From assembly GCA_963737635.1 (NCBI GenBank), contig CAVTTL010000001.1:1248001-1312000 (forward strand): a stretch of 64,000 bases of DNA, read 5' to 3'. The position numbers were made by a program, and so were the translations under genes. Numbering within the stretch: the stretch's first letter is position 1; every line of letters starts with the position of its first letter. Below, piece by piece: positions 9,697 through 19,686 of this stretch. The notes beneath the pieces are model-generated. The model searched no databases and was not told the DNA's origin. It saw only the letters and a list, made by a program, of their open reading frames with translations. The DNA is from an uncultured Methanoregulaceae archaeon (GTDB lineage: Archaea; Halobacteriota; Methanomicrobia; Methanomicrobiales; Methanospirillaceae).

Positions 9697-10203
9697 CGGA
9701 AGCCGATATGGGAGTATCCCTGCCGTACCTGTCTGTGAGACACATATGGCACCGGCGGAAATCATGCCCGAGACGACACCGGGAATGGTTTTGCCGTGGG
9801 TATTTCCCGATTGGTGACCTCCTCGTCTACGAGGAGGGTCCCGAGAAGGAGTTGTGATCCGTCACAACGGGCTGACAGAGTTGGATCTGACCGTGACGTA
9901 CAGGTGGACGTTTCCGTAACGGCCTGTTCCCCTGACTGATATCAGGGGATGCGTCAATGTCAGGGTCTTCTTTCGCGAGAAAAACACCGGGAACTAACTG
10001 GAGTGCAGAATATCTTCATTCCCGCTCTCCGGGTTCCTGGCCGACCGGTTCACAGGCAAGGCATACCACCGCGATATGCGGATGGCATATGCGTCGTGCC
10101 GGTGACACCGGATCGCGTGTTGGCTTACCGGACAGGCAAGTGATAACACTTCAGTCTCGGATTCATCTCTCTAGTTCGTGTCAAGTATAACCCAAAACAC
10201 GAA
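9697..10203 (+). ncRNA. Candidate large structured RNA / 5' leader of the rpl3 operon
   Basis: About 15 nested helices by eye, with G-U pairs and UNCG/GNRA loops; closing helix 9697-9710 with 10116-10130; no credible ORF. Confidence 0.65.
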
Positions 10204-10223
10204 TGCAAAGGAATGATTGACAC

Positions 10224-11237
10224 ATGCCAAAAATAAACAGACCACGCCGAGGCTCACTGGCGTTCAGCCCACGAAAACGTGCACAGAGCCCCATACCCAA
10301 ATACAAGTCTTGGCCACAGCGCACCGGCGCACCCGCGCTGCTGGGCTTCGCCGGCTACAAAGTGGGGATGACGCATGTCCTTATGGTCGATGACCACAAG
10401 GACAGCCCGACAGAGGGCAAAGAGATCATGGTACCGGTTACGATCATTGAAATCCCAACCATGAAAGTTGCTGCCATACGGGCATATTCGCAGGATACCT
10501 ACGGCCGACACGCATTGACTGAGATCTGGGCAGAGCCGTTGGATGAACAGCTTTCCCGCCGTGTAACCATGCCTAAGAATTACGACAGTACAGCTGCGAA
10601 GAAGAAATGTGCAGATGCGCTGGCAGCAGGGCTGGTGGCCGAGATCTACGCGCTTGCATACACCCAACCGGCAACTATGAGCGGTGTACCAAAGAAGGTG
10701 CCCGATCTCATGGAGATCAAGATATCTGGTGGGGATGTTGCAAAGCAGTACGAGTATGCTCTTGGGCTGCTCGGAAACGAAGCCCGGCTCAACAATGTGA
10801 TAGAGATCGGCGCGTATGCTGATATCACGGCCATCACTATAGGTAAGGGCACACAGGGTCCGGTCAAGCGCTGGGGAGTCATGCTCCGCAAGAGAAAGCA
10901 CTCGGTTGGCGGAAAAGAGCGTCATGTCGGTACTCTTGGACCCTGGAATCCCCACCACGTCCGCTGGGAAGTTCCCCAGAGCGGCCAGATGGGTTACCAG
11001 CAGCGCACCGAGTTCAACAAGCGCATTTTAAAGATCGGTGAAAACGGTGCGGAGATCACGCCGGCAGGAGGCTTCCTTAACTACGGCGTTGTCAGGAACG
11101 CGTATGTCGTTATCAAGGGGTCCATCCCCGGTCCGGCAAAGCGTCTTATCCGTATACGCCCGGCAATTCGTCAGGGAGAACATGTTATTCGCGCGCCCGC
11201 GATCCAGTTTGTGAGCGTCCAGAGCAAACAGGGGTGA
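10224..11237 (+). CDS. rpl3: 50S ribosomal protein uL3
   Basis: [47 protein letters not shown]. Confidence 0.98.
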   Translation: MPKINRPRRGSLAFSPRKRAQSPIPKYKSWPQRTGAPALLGFAGYKVGMTHVLMVDDHKDSPTEGKEIMVPVTIIEIPTMKVAAIRAYSQDTYGRHALTEIWAEPLDEQLSRRVTMPKNYDSTAAKKKCADALAAGLVAEIYALAYTQPATMSGVPKKVPDLMEIKISGGDVAKQYEYALGLLGNEARLNNVIEIGAYADITAITIGKGTQGPVKRWGVMLRKRKHSVGGKERHVGTLGPWNPHHVRWEVPQSGQMGYQQRTEFNKRILKIGENGAEITPAGGFLNYGVVRNAYVVIKGSIPGPAKRLIRIRPAIRQGEHVIRAPAIQFVSVQSKQG

Positions 11238-11244
11238 TCAAGAG

Positions 11245-11991
11245 ATGAAAGCACAGGTTAAGACAATCGAAGGCGGCGTGGCAAAGGATATCGAACTCCC
11301 GGCCATGTTTTCCGAGGAATACCGCCCGGACCTGATCAAGAAGGCAGTGATGGCACTCCAGAGCACCCGGCGCCAGCCGCATGGTTCGTACCCGTTTGCC
11401 GGTATCTGTTCCTCCGCGGTCGGGTGGGGAAGTGGCAGGGGTGCATCGCATGTCCCCCGTCTCAAGAATGGTTCCCGTGCAGCTAAAGTCCCGCAGGCAA
11501 AAGGCGGGCGAGAAGCACATCCGCCGGTTACCGCAAAGGTGCTGATAAAAGAGATCAACACAAAAGAAAAACAGAAAGCATTCCGATCTGCTGTTGCAGC
11601 AAGCATCCGTGCTGATCTCATAAGCAGCCGGGGACATACGTTTGAAGGAAATGTTCCCCTGATCTTTGAGGACAAGTTCGAGACCCTCGGACGAACGCAG
11701 GATGTCATCTCCGCACTGACGAACCTCGGCGTATACAGCGATGTCGAGCGTGCAAAAGACAGCCGCAAGGTTCGAGCAGGCAGGGGCAAGCTTCGTGGTC
11801 GCAGGTACAGGCAGAGGAAGAGTCTGCTTATTGTTACCTCTGGCCCCGAGTTCCGCGCTGCCCGCAATCTTGCTGGAGTGGATGTTGTGACTGTCGACCA
11901 GCTCAATGTCGAGCACCTCGCTCCGGGCACGCAGGCAGGTCGCCTGACTGTCTGGACCGAAAGTGCCGTCACACGACTGGAGGGAAGGTAA
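11245..11991 (+). CDS. rpl4: 50S ribosomal protein uL4
   Basis: RPDLIKKAV, WGSGRGASHVPR, RAGRGKLRGRRY, LAPGTQAGRLT. Confidence 0.98.
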   Translation: MKAQVKTIEGGVAKDIELPAMFSEEYRPDLIKKAVMALQSTRRQPHGSYPFAGICSSAVGWGSGRGASHVPRLKNGSRAAKVPQAKGGREAHPPVTAKVLIKEINTKEKQKAFRSAVAASIRADLISSRGHTFEGNVPLIFEDKFETLGRTQDVISALTNLGVYSDVERAKDSRKVRAGRGKLRGRRYRQRKSLLIVTSGPEFRAARNLAGVDVVTVDQLNVEHLAPGTQAGRLTVWTESAVTRLEGR

Positions 11992-12243
11992 ATGTCTATC
12001 TTAAAATACCCGTTTGTCACAGAAAAGGCCATGGTGCTTCTGGAAAACGAGAACAAACTCCAGTTCATTGTCGATAATAAGGCCACCAAACATGACATCA
12101 AGCGCGGGATCGAGAAGGCATTTGACCAGAAGGTAAAGCACGTCTGCACGCTTATGTCCATGCACGGCGAGAAGAAGGCCGTTGTGAGTTTCGAGAACGA
12201 AAAGGCCGCTGAGGAGATCCTGAGCCGGCTTGGCATTATGTAG
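11992..12243 (+). CDS. rpl23: 50S ribosomal protein uL23
   Basis: PFVTEKAMVLLENENKLQFIV; operon position. Confidence 0.97.
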   Translation: MSILKYPFVTEKAMVLLENENKLQFIVDNKATKHDIKRGIEKAFDQKVKHVCTLMSMHGEKKAVVSFENEKAAEEILSRLGIM

Positions 12244-12252
12244 GTGGGAAAC

Positions 12253-12969
12253 ATGGGACATCGAATTACTACACAGAACCGGGGCAGGGGAGGCCCGACC
12301 TATCGCGCCCCATCCCACCGGTATAAGGCTGAGTTGAAGCATATCGGAGACAGCACAAAGAAGATCACCGGCGCGATCATCGATATCGAGCACGACCCAG
12401 CGAGAAACGCCCCAATAGCCCTTGTGCAGCTTGAGGACGGTTCCAAGGTTTATATGCTGGTAACCGAAGGAATCGGTATCGGCGAGACCGTTGCCTGGGG
12501 AGTTGATGTCGAAGTCAAGAACGGGAACACACTCCCCCTCCAGAGCATCCCGACCGGGGCCTTCATCTGCAACATCGAATCACGCCCCAATGACGGCGGC
12601 AAGTTCGTTCGTTCAAGCGGGGTCCAGGCTGTTGTCGTCGACAAGATCGGCGAGCGTGTCGGTGTCAGGATGCCAAGTGGCAAGACCAAGTGGTTCAACG
12701 CGCGTTGCCGTGCCACCATTGGCATCGTCGCCGGTGGGGGACGCGTAGAAAAGCCGTTTGTAAAAGCCGGCAATAAATCCCATAAGATGAAGAACACCGC
12801 GTCCAACTGGCCGCGTGTCCGTGGTGTTGCCATGAACGTCATTGATCATCCGTTCGGCGGCGGTGGCCACCAACACACGGGTCGCCCCAAGACCATTGCC
12901 CGGGGTACATCTCCCGGCAGGACAGTCGGACATGTGGCAGCACGCCAGACAGGTAAGAGCAGGAAGTGA
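12253..12969 (+). CDS. rpl2: 50S ribosomal protein uL2
   Basis: IEHDPARNAP, RVRGVAMNVIDHPFGGG. Confidence 0.98.
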   Translation: MGHRITTQNRGRGGPTYRAPSHRYKAELKHIGDSTKKITGAIIDIEHDPARNAPIALVQLEDGSKVYMLVTEGIGIGETVAWGVDVEVKNGNTLPLQSIPTGAFICNIESRPNDGGKFVRSSGVQAVVVDKIGERVGVRMPSGKTKWFNARCRATIGIVAGGGRVEKPFVKAGNKSHKMKNTASNWPRVRGVAMNVIDHPFGGGGHQHTGRPKTIARGTSPGRTVGHVAARQTGKSRK

Positions 12970-12974
12970 ACGGT

Positions 12975-13394
12975 ATGGCAGCACCAAAAAAGACCCAAAA
13001 GAGAATGCCCAGAAGGCGTGAAGAGTTTACCTACCGTGGGTATAAGATTGACGAGCTCAAGGCGATGGGATTAAGCGAACTCATTCCCCTGATGCCAGCC
13101 CGTGCACGCCGCAAATTCAACCGCGGGCTCAACCGCGGCGAAGAGACGTTGCTTGCAAAGATCCGGGGTGGGGATGAGAAGGTCAGAACCCACCTACGTG
13201 AAATGATTGTTATGCCCGAGATGATTGGAAAGAGTATTGAGATTTACAACGGCAAGGAATTCCAGAAAGTCGAGTTCCAGCCGGAGGCAGTTTTCCACTA
13301 CCTCGGTGAATTTGCACTCACCAGAAAGAGGGTTACCCATGGTTCCGCCGGTATCGGTGCAACAAGGGGCAGTAAATACGTACCGCTGAAGTGA
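12975..13394 (+). CDS. rps19: 30S ribosomal protein uS19
   Basis: FTYRGY, RTHLREM, YLGEFALTRK, GIGATRGSKYVPLK. Confidence 0.98.
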   Translation: MAAPKKTQKRMPRRREEFTYRGYKIDELKAMGLSELIPLMPARARRKFNRGLNRGEETLLAKIRGGDEKVRTHLREMIVMPEMIGKSIEIYNGKEFQKVEFQPEAVFHYLGEFALTRKRVTHGSAGIGATRGSKYVPLK

Positions 13395-13399
13395 TGGAA

Positions 13400-13865
13400 A
13401 TGGCACGCATTGCATATTCAAAGAAGATCGAAGGCGATAATATCGCCAGGGGTAAAGCAAACGAGCTTTCCGTCTCTCCAAAGCACTCGATCGAGATCGC
13501 GGATTTCATACGGCATCAGCGCGTCAACGACGCGCTCAGCTATCTTGCCGATGTCGTCGCGCTCAAGAAAGCCATCCCGTTCCGGCATTTTAACCGGAAT
13601 GTCGCGCACAAGCGCGGCCTCCCCGGCAACTGGGATGCAGGACGCTACCCGGTCAAGGCCTCCAAGGCTTATATCAGGATTCTCGAATCGATCAAGAAGA
13701 ACGCGGAATATACCGGGCTTGACACGGAAAATCTAGAGATTATCCATGTCTCGGCAAACCGCGGGCGCGCCCAAAAGGCATTTTTCCCGCGAGCTGATGG
13801 GACGTGCATCTCCTAAAGCCCGCGAAACCGTGAATATCGAGATTGTGGTTCGGGAAGTGGCATAA
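13400..13865 (+). CDS. rpl22: 50S ribosomal protein uL22 (apparent +1 indel at ~13796)
   Basis: SPKHSIEI, GRYPVKAS; removing one base restores FPRAMGRASPKARETVNIEIVV*. Confidence 0.93.
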
Positions 13866-13866
13866 C

Positions 13867-14562
13867 ATGGCCGTTGAAAGGAAATTTATTTCGGAAGGTG
13901 TCCGTAAAGCCCGTGTTGAGAAATACCTGACAAAAGAGCTCAAGCGCGCAGGGTTCGGCGGCATGGATATTGCCCGCACGCCCCTTGGGACACAGGTTAC
14001 CATCTTTGCAGAAAAGCCGGGTATTGTTATCGGCAAGGGCGGCAAGCTCGTCCACCAGCTGACACAGAACCTTGCCCAGAACTATGGCGTTGAGTCTCCG
14101 CAGATTGAGGTTCAGCAGGTTCAGAACCCCAGCTTCAACGCCCAAATCATGGCAGAGAGGCTGGCAAATGCGCTCGAACGTGGCTGGTATTTCAGAAAAG
14201 CAGGCTCCAGTATCCTGCGCCGGGTCATGGATTCCGGTGCACTGGGCTGCGAGGTTATCATTGCTGGCAAGTTGACTGGCGCACGTGCCCGTACCCAGAA
14301 GTTCACCGAAGGCTACATCAAGCATTGCGGTGAACCGAGCAACACTATCGTCGAGAAAGGCTATGCAATTGCCATCAAGAAACTCGGCGTGATTGGCGTG
14401 CAGGTAAAGATTGTGCCGGCCGATGCAAAGATGCCCGACCACTTTGCGATCATCGAACAGGTAAAGAAGCATCCAGCGCCCACAGCGACGGTCACCGCTA
14501 TCGGTGATGTTGATAACGATGAACCGGCCCTTCCTGACGAGAATATCGACGAAGAGGTGTAA
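13867..14562 (+). CDS. rps3: 30S ribosomal protein uS3
   Basis: KH domain PGIVIGKGG, GALGCEVIIAGKL, GVIGVQVKI. Confidence 0.98.
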   Translation: MAVERKFISEGVRKARVEKYLTKELKRAGFGGMDIARTPLGTQVTIFAEKPGIVIGKGGKLVHQLTQNLAQNYGVESPQIEVQQVQNPSFNAQIMAERLANALERGWYFRKAGSSILRRVMDSGALGCEVIIAGKLTGARARTQKFTEGYIKHCGEPSNTIVEKGYAIAIKKLGVIGVQVKIVPADAKMPDHFAIIEQVKKHPAPTATVTAIGDVDNDEPALPDENIDEEV

Positions 14563-14565
14563 TAC

Positions 14566-14770
14566 ATGGCAATCTTACGGGCACATGACGTCGGGCAGCT
14601 CACCGATGTCGAACTTCAGGAACAGATGGACAAACTCCGGATGGAACTTGTCCAGCACTATGGAAAAGTCAGTGCCGGCGGCGCAACTGAGAACCCTGGG
14701 CATATCCGGGAACTCCGGCGGTACCGTAGCCCGCCTGATGACCGAGAAGAACCGCAGGAGCCGCGTATGA
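14566..14770 (+). CDS. rpl29: 50S ribosomal protein uL29 (apparent +1 indel at ~14720)
   Basis: MAILRA..ENPGHIRELRR continues as TVARLMTEKN* after removing one base. Confidence 0.92.
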
Positions 14771-15033
14771 TCTCCTGCCAGAACGTTACGAGGCATGAAC
14801 TGATCGGCCTTGACGTTCTGGTAGCTGGAGCTGCAAACCCGTCTCACCGCGGGGTAAGCGGAAACATCATCGATGAGACAAGGAATCTCGTTGCTATAAA
14901 GACGCACGCCGGAATAAAGAAGGTCCCAAAAGCCGGGACCACGTTCCGGTTTTGTCTTCCAGACAACACCCTTGTTGAGATTAATGGTTCCGTACTAATA
15001 CTGGCTCCAGAAAAGAGGCTCAGGCGAGCATAA
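14767..15033 (+). CDS. rnp1: Ribonuclease P protein component 1 (Rpp29/Pop4)
   Basis: RHELIGL..GNIIDETRN..KVPK..PEKRL; conserved position between rpl29 and rps17. Confidence 0.9.
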   Translation: MISCQNVTRHELIGLDVLVAGAANPSHRGVSGNIIDETRNLVAIKTHAGIKKVPKAGTTFRFCLPDNTLVEINGSVLILAPEKRLRRA

Positions 15034-15051
15034 ACAAGAGAGGATACCATA

Positions 15052-15378
15052 ATGGCACAAAACATTGGATTGAACGTCCAGGCCCCCGAACAGGAGTGCA
15101 AGGATGTTAATTGTCCGTTCCACGGCACTTTACCGGTACGCGGCCAGGTGATTACCGGTAAAGTCGTGAGCGACAAAATGATGGGTACGGTCGTAGTTGC
15201 CCGGGATTACCTGCACTACGTCCGGAAATATAACCGGTACGAGAAGCGCATCTCGAAGCTTCATGCCCACAACCCGCCCTGCATTCAGGCAAAGGTTGGA
15301 GATCTCGTGAAGATCGCTGAGTGCAGACCGCTGTCGAAGAGCACTACGTATGTCGTCGTCGAGGTGCAACAGCCATGA
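15052..15378 (+). CDS. rps17: 30S ribosomal protein uS17
   Basis: [27 protein letters not shown]. Confidence 0.98.
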   Translation: MAQNIGLNVQAPEQECKDVNCPFHGTLPVRGQVITGKVVSDKMMGTVVVARDYLHYVRKYNRYEKRISKLHAHNPPCIQAKVGDLVKIAECRPLSKSTTYVVVEVQQP

Positions 15379-15773
15379 AGGCAAAGCAGTCCAAGACGCC
15401 AAGAGCGCTTGCGACGGGAACTAAGCTGACCTGCGCCGATAATACCGGGGCACGCGTCGTGCAAATCGTCTCTGTCTTCGGCTACCATGGTGTGCGCCGG
15501 CGCCAGCCCAAGATGGGACTTGGCGACATCGCGACGGTAACCGTGAAGAAGGGGACACCTGATATGCGCAAGAAGCTGGTGCGGGCAGTAGTTATCCGCC
15601 AGAAAAAAGAGATGCGCCGCCCCAACGGGCTCCGTGTCTCCTTCGATGACAACGCGGTTGTCGTTGTTGATGAGAAGAACGAGCCAAAAGGGACCGAGAT
15701 CAAGGGACCTGTTGCCCGTGAAGTGGCAGAGCGGTACCCCGAGCTCGGCTCGATGGCGACGATCATTGTGTGA
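15375..15773 (+). CDS. rpl14: 50S ribosomal protein uL14
   Basis: [22 protein letters not shown]. Confidence 0.98.
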   Translation: MKAKQSKTPRALATGTKLTCADNTGARVVQIVSVFGYHGVRRRQPKMGLGDIATVTVKKGTPDMRKKLVRAVVIRQKKEMRRPNGLRVSFDDNAVVVVDEKNEPKGTEIKGPVAREVAERYPELGSMATIIV

Positions 15774-15784
15774 GGTGCTCGGGT

Positions 15785-16150
15785 ATGGTCAGAATTGAAA
15801 GTTCACAACCGCGCAAGCAGAGAAAAGCGCGATATGATGCACCTTCGCACATGAAGTCCAAGTTCCTCAGCGCGCCGCTCTCGGCAGCGCTCAGGGAAAC
15901 ATATGCGAAAAAGACGGTTCGGGTAATTAAGGGTGATACAGTCAAGGTCACCCGCGGCGATCACACCGGGGAAGAGGGACTCGTCGATGGGATCGACACC
16001 CGCAATGTGAAGCTCATCGTCCATGGTGTCTCGTCCACCAAGGTTGACGGCACCGAAGTCCCGCGCCCTGTTGATGCATCAAAAGTGGAGATCACCAAAC
16101 TCAAGCTCGATGACAAGCGCCGCGTCGAAAAACTCGGGGAGAAGGAATAA
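15785..16150 (+). CDS. rpl24: 50S ribosomal protein uL24
   Basis: SSQPRKQRK, KOW motif GDTVKVTRGDHTG. Confidence 0.97.
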   Translation: MVRIESSQPRKQRKARYDAPSHMKSKFLSAPLSAALRETYAKKTVRVIKGDTVKVTRGDHTGEEGLVDGIDTRNVKLIVHGVSSTKVDGTEVPRPVDASKVEITKLKLDDKRRVEKLGEKE

Positions 16151-16874
16151 TGTCAGATCATCTTAAAAGGCTCAACGCGCCGGATTCGTGGCACATCACC
16201 AAGAAGACCACGAAGTTTGTTGCAAAGACGGCGCCCGGCCCACACAATGCAAATGCAATGCCTGTTGCTGTCTGGCTCAGGGATCAGCAGGGCCTTGCCC
16301 GCACCATGAAGGAAGTCAAGCAGATCCTCAAGCAGAAGGACGTCATCATCAACGGAAGGCCCTGCCGGGATCCCAAGATGGGGATCGGCATTTTCGACGT
16401 GATCGCTCTTCCCCGTGTTGGCAAGTACTACCGGATGCTCCGGGATCTCAAAGGCCGGCACAAGACCGTTGAGATCGATGCAGATGCGGCCCAGAAAAGG
16501 CTCACCAAGATCCAGAACAAGACGACTATTACCGGAGGTAAAGTCCAGTTAAATCTCCGGTACGGTGCAAACGTCATAGCTGACAACACCTACAAGTCAA
16601 ACGACTCCATCGTCATCTCCCTCAAGCCCGAAGACCGGTTCAAGATCCTTGAACACTACCCATTTGCCGCTGGCAACATGGCGACGATCATCGGGGGCCG
16701 ACATTCCGGTAAAGTAGCGCGGATCGTCGAGATCATCAAGACCTCTGGCAGCGTCCCCAACAAGATTATCCTTGAGGACGAAAAAACCCGGGAGCGGTTC
16801 GACACTATCACACCCTATGTCTACATGATTGGAAAAGAGACCGTATCAAAAGCGAGTGGGGGATTGAGCAGTGA
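16150..16874 (+). CDS. rps4e: 30S ribosomal protein eS4 (probable -1 indel near 16850; likely true end ...EWGIEQ*)
   Basis: HLKRLNAPDSW, PGPH, GGRHSGKVA; the shifted frame gives a GTGA overlap with rpl5. Confidence 0.92.
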
Positions 16875-17377
16875 CCGCAATGCGCGATATCCACATCGAT
16901 AAGGTTGTGGTTCATATGGGCGTTGGCGAAAGTGGTGAAAAACTTGTCAAGGCCGAAAATATCATGAAGACGATCACTCACCAGACCCCGATCCGCAGCG
17001 TTGCAAAGATGACGCAGCCGGCGTTCTCCATCAGGAAAGGTGCACCGATCGGCTGCAAGGTCACGCTCCGGGGAAAACCGGCGGAAGACTTTATCAAAAC
17101 CGCCTTAACCATCGTGAACAAAACGGTCTTTGAGAGCCAGTTTGATAAGAGCGGAAACTTCTCATTCGGTGTCGAAGAGCACACGGATTTCCCCGGAATG
17201 TCCTATGATCCTCAGATCGGGATCTTCGGGATGGATATTAACGTCGTGCTCGAGAGAAACGGCATCAGGATTGCCCGCCGCAAAATGCAGCAGAAGAAGC
17301 TTCCCGAAAAACAGCGCGTTAAAAAGGAGGACGCAATTGCGTACCTCAGGAAAGAATATGCCGTGGAGGTGCGGTGA
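16871..17377 (+). CDS. rpl5: 50S ribosomal protein uL5
   Basis: [35 protein letters not shown]. Confidence 0.98.
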   Translation: MTAMRDIHIDKVVVHMGVGESGEKLVKAENIMKTITHQTPIRSVAKMTQPAFSIRKGAPIGCKVTLRGKPAEDFIKTALTIVNKTVFESQFDKSGNFSFGVEEHTDFPGMSYDPQIGIFGMDINVVLERNGIRIARRKMQQKKLPEKQRVKKEDAIAYLRKEYAVEVR

Positions 17378-17532
17378 TGGGTGGCGAAAGAAAGAAGATC
17401 TACGGTCGCGGCGCAAACGAGTGCAAGATGTGCGGGCGCAAGCAGGGGCTTGTCCGCCGGTACCATATCATGTTCTGCCGGCAATGCTTCCGTGAATGGG
17501 CACAGAAGATGGGCTTTAAGAAGATGAACTGA
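17377..17532 (+). CDS. rps14: 30S ribosomal protein uS14, zinc type (51 aa; below the ORF-track cutoff)
   Basis: [51 protein letters not shown]. Confidence 0.96.
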   Translation: MGGERKKIYGRGANECKMCGRKQGLVRRYHIMFCRQCFREWAQKMGFKKMN

Positions 17533-17546
17533 GGAGTGACTGCACC

Positions 17547-17939
17547 ATGACACGATTAAATACTATTGCAGACGGGATGAGTGCGTTAAAGAACGCAGGT
17601 GACACCGGCAAGTCCGAGTGCATTATCGAACCCGCAAGTAAGCTCCTCGGCGCAATGCTGCGCATTATGCAGGACGCCGGTGACATTGCCGGTTTTGAGT
17701 TTATTGAGGATGGCCGCGGCGGTCAGCTCAAAGTGCATCTTACCGGGAAGATCAACAAATGCGGAGCGATATCACCGCGTTTCTCGGTCCAGCTGGCTGA
17801 GATGGAATACTGGGAGAAGCAGTACCTGCCCGGCAAGAACTTCGGGCTCATGATCCTTTCCACCTCACATGGCGTTATGTCGCATGTGCAGGCACGTAAC
17901 GAAGGCATCGGCGGAGAACTGCTCGGGTACGTCTACTAG
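17547..17939 (+). CDS. rps8: 30S ribosomal protein uS8
   Basis: [34 protein letters not shown]. Confidence 0.98.
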   Translation: MTRLNTIADGMSALKNAGDTGKSECIIEPASKLLGAMLRIMQDAGDIAGFEFIEDGRGGQLKVHLTGKINKCGAISPRFSVQLAEMEYWEKQYLPGKNFGLMILSTSHGVMSHVQARNEGIGGELLGYVY

Positions 17940-17951
17940 AGGGTGCGAATT

Positions 17952-18476
17952 ATGGCAAGCGTAAGAAAAGTCAGGATTCCCGATGGCGTCAAGGTGAAGC
18001 TTGAGGGAACGCAGCTCTCAGTCACGGGTCCAAAGGGCCAGCTCGTCCGCAGCGTCAGATTCCCACAGGTCAATGTGACCTGTGATGGCAAGGAAATTGT
18101 GATTGCGACCGAATCAAGCCGCAAAGAGATCAATGCGATGGTCGGGACGTATGAAGCACATGCCAAGAACATGTGCCGTGGCGTCACGGAAGGATTCGAA
18201 TACCGGATGAAGGTTGTCTACAGCCACTTTCCGATCCAGCTCAAGCTTCAGGGACAGCGGCTTGAGATTGCCAATTTCCTTGGCGAGAAAAAGGCCCGGT
18301 ACGCCGATATCGCTACCGGTGTCACCGCAAAGGTGGCAAACGACGAAGTGATCCTTACAGGTATCGACCGCGAACAAGTCGGAAATACTGCGGCAAATAT
18401 TGAACACGCCACCCATATCCGTTACCGGGACCCCCGGGTCTTTCAGGACGGTATATACATGGTACAGAGGGGCTGA
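17952..18476 (+). CDS. rpl6: 50S ribosomal protein uL6
   Basis: VTGPKG, VYSHFPI, NFLGEK, RDPRVFQDGIY. Confidence 0.98.
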   Translation: MASVRKVRIPDGVKVKLEGTQLSVTGPKGQLVRSVRFPQVNVTCDGKEIVIATESSRKEINAMVGTYEAHAKNMCRGVTEGFEYRMKVVYSHFPIQLKLQGQRLEIANFLGEKKARYADIATGVTAKVANDEVILTGIDREQVGNTAANIEHATHIRYRDPRVFQDGIYMVQRG

Positions 18477-18484
18477 ACTGAGCA

Positions 18485-19240
18485 ATGACAACTGAAACCA
18501 AGCGACTGATCCGTGTGCGCACAGAGAAGGGTGCCGTCTTCAAGCGCGACGGGTTTGGCAAGAAGAGACAGCTCTCCGATTCATGGAGAAAGCCCCGCGG
18601 ACAGCACAACAAACAGCGGGAGCAGAAAAAGGCAAAGGGAAACCTCCCTAAGCCCGGCTTCGGCAGCCCGGTTGCGGTGCGCGGCATGCACCCCAGCGGG
18701 TTCTTTGAAGTGCTAGTGTTCACGGAAAAAGATCTCGAAAAACTTGACGCGAAGATCCAGGCGATCCGGATATCAGCCGGCGTCGGGGCACGCAAGCGCA
18801 AAATCCTTCAGGAGAAGGCTGTAGCGTCAGGTTTCAAGATCCTTAATACCCATGTGATCAAGGAGCGTGTTGCAGAAGAGGCCGAGACCTCCACCACGCC
18901 GGAAAAAGAGGCAAAGGCCAAGAAAGCCACAAAGGAAACTAAGAAAGAAGCACCGGCAAAGAAAACCGCCTCAAAGGCAGAAAATGCCAAAAAGAAAGGA
19001 ACAATGGAGAAAAAGCCGGTGAAAGCTGCCGCCTCCAAGTCCAAACCTGAATCTAAGGAAACCCCAAAGAAAGAAGAAAAAGCAGCAAAGCCAAAGGCAA
19101 AAAGCGCGGTAAAGGTTCCTGCACAGAAATCTGCTCCGGCAAAATCTGAAAAGAAACAGGCGGTAGCTGTTGAGAAACCCAAAGCAGAGAATGCCAAAGC
19201 AAAGAAAAAATCCTCATCCGGGGTGAAGAAGAATGACTGA
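18485..19240 (+). CDS. rpl32e: 50S ribosomal protein eL32 with a ~125-aa Lys/Ala/Glu-rich C-terminal extension
   Basis: SWRKPRG, GFGSPVAVRGMHPSG, VGARKR, followed by a low-complexity tail. Confidence 0.96.
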   Translation: MTTETKRLIRVRTEKGAVFKRDGFGKKRQLSDSWRKPRGQHNKQREQKKAKGNLPKPGFGSPVAVRGMHPSGFFEVLVFTEKDLEKLDAKIQAIRISAGVGARKRKILQEKAVASGFKILNTHVIKERVAEEAETSTTPEKEAKAKKATKETKKEAPAKKTASKAENAKKKGTMEKKPVKAAASKSKPESKETPKKEEKAAKPKAKSAVKVPAQKSAPAKSEKKQAVAVEKPKAENAKAKKKSSSGVKKND

Positions 19241-19685
19241 TGTCGCCATCCAGAGACGGATCGCTGCATCGATCTTAAAGTGCGGTGTCAACCGTGTCTG
19301 GTTCGATCCCGAACGCCTTTCTGACATCGAGAACGCCATCTCCCGCGAGGACCTGCGCGGACTTATCACTGACGGTGCGATCAAGGCACACCAGAAGAAA
19401 GGGGTAAGCCGCGGCCGGGCACGCGTGCGCACCGCGCAGCGGGCGTATGGTCACCGCAAGGGTGTAGGGAAACGGAAAGGCGCTCTTGGCGCGCGAACAC
19501 CGAGCAAGCGGGCATGGATCCAGAAGATCCGCGCGATCAGAAAAGCCTTGGTCGCGCTCCGTGAGGCAGGTACTATTGACCGGCATCTTTACCGGGTTAT
19601 TTACCGTAAAGCGGCCGGTGGGCAGTTCCGGAGTGTCGCACATATGAAAGCACAGATGGAAATCATTGCCGGGAGGATGAAGTAA
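19233..19685 (+). CDS. rpl19e: 50S ribosomal protein eL19
   Basis: [31 protein letters not shown]. Confidence 0.98.
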   Translation: MTDVAIQRRIAASILKCGVNRVWFDPERLSDIENAISREDLRGLITDGAIKAHQKKGVSRGRARVRTAQRAYGHRKGVGKRKGALGARTPSKRAWIQKIRAIRKALVALREAGTIDRHLYRVIYRKAAGGQFRSVAHMKAQMEIIAGRMK

Positions 19686-19686
19686 C

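Noticed and set aside
9949-10190. Short ORFs (64 and 77 aa) in the rpl3 upstream region
   Set aside because: They have no RBS or recognisable motif, and the sequence is better explained by RNA helices.
9697-10203. Structured region as RNase P RNA, SRP RNA or a self-splicing intron
   Set aside because: I found no GAGGAAAGUCC/ACAGAA pair, no SRP helix-8 motif, no group II domain V and no group I P7 elements on either strand; an Rfam search is still needed to exclude these formally.
14566-15033. Apparent uL29-Rpp29 fusion protein in the ORF track
   Set aside because: It is created by one extra base at ~14720; correcting it gives a normal rpl29 with an ATGA overlap to rnp1.
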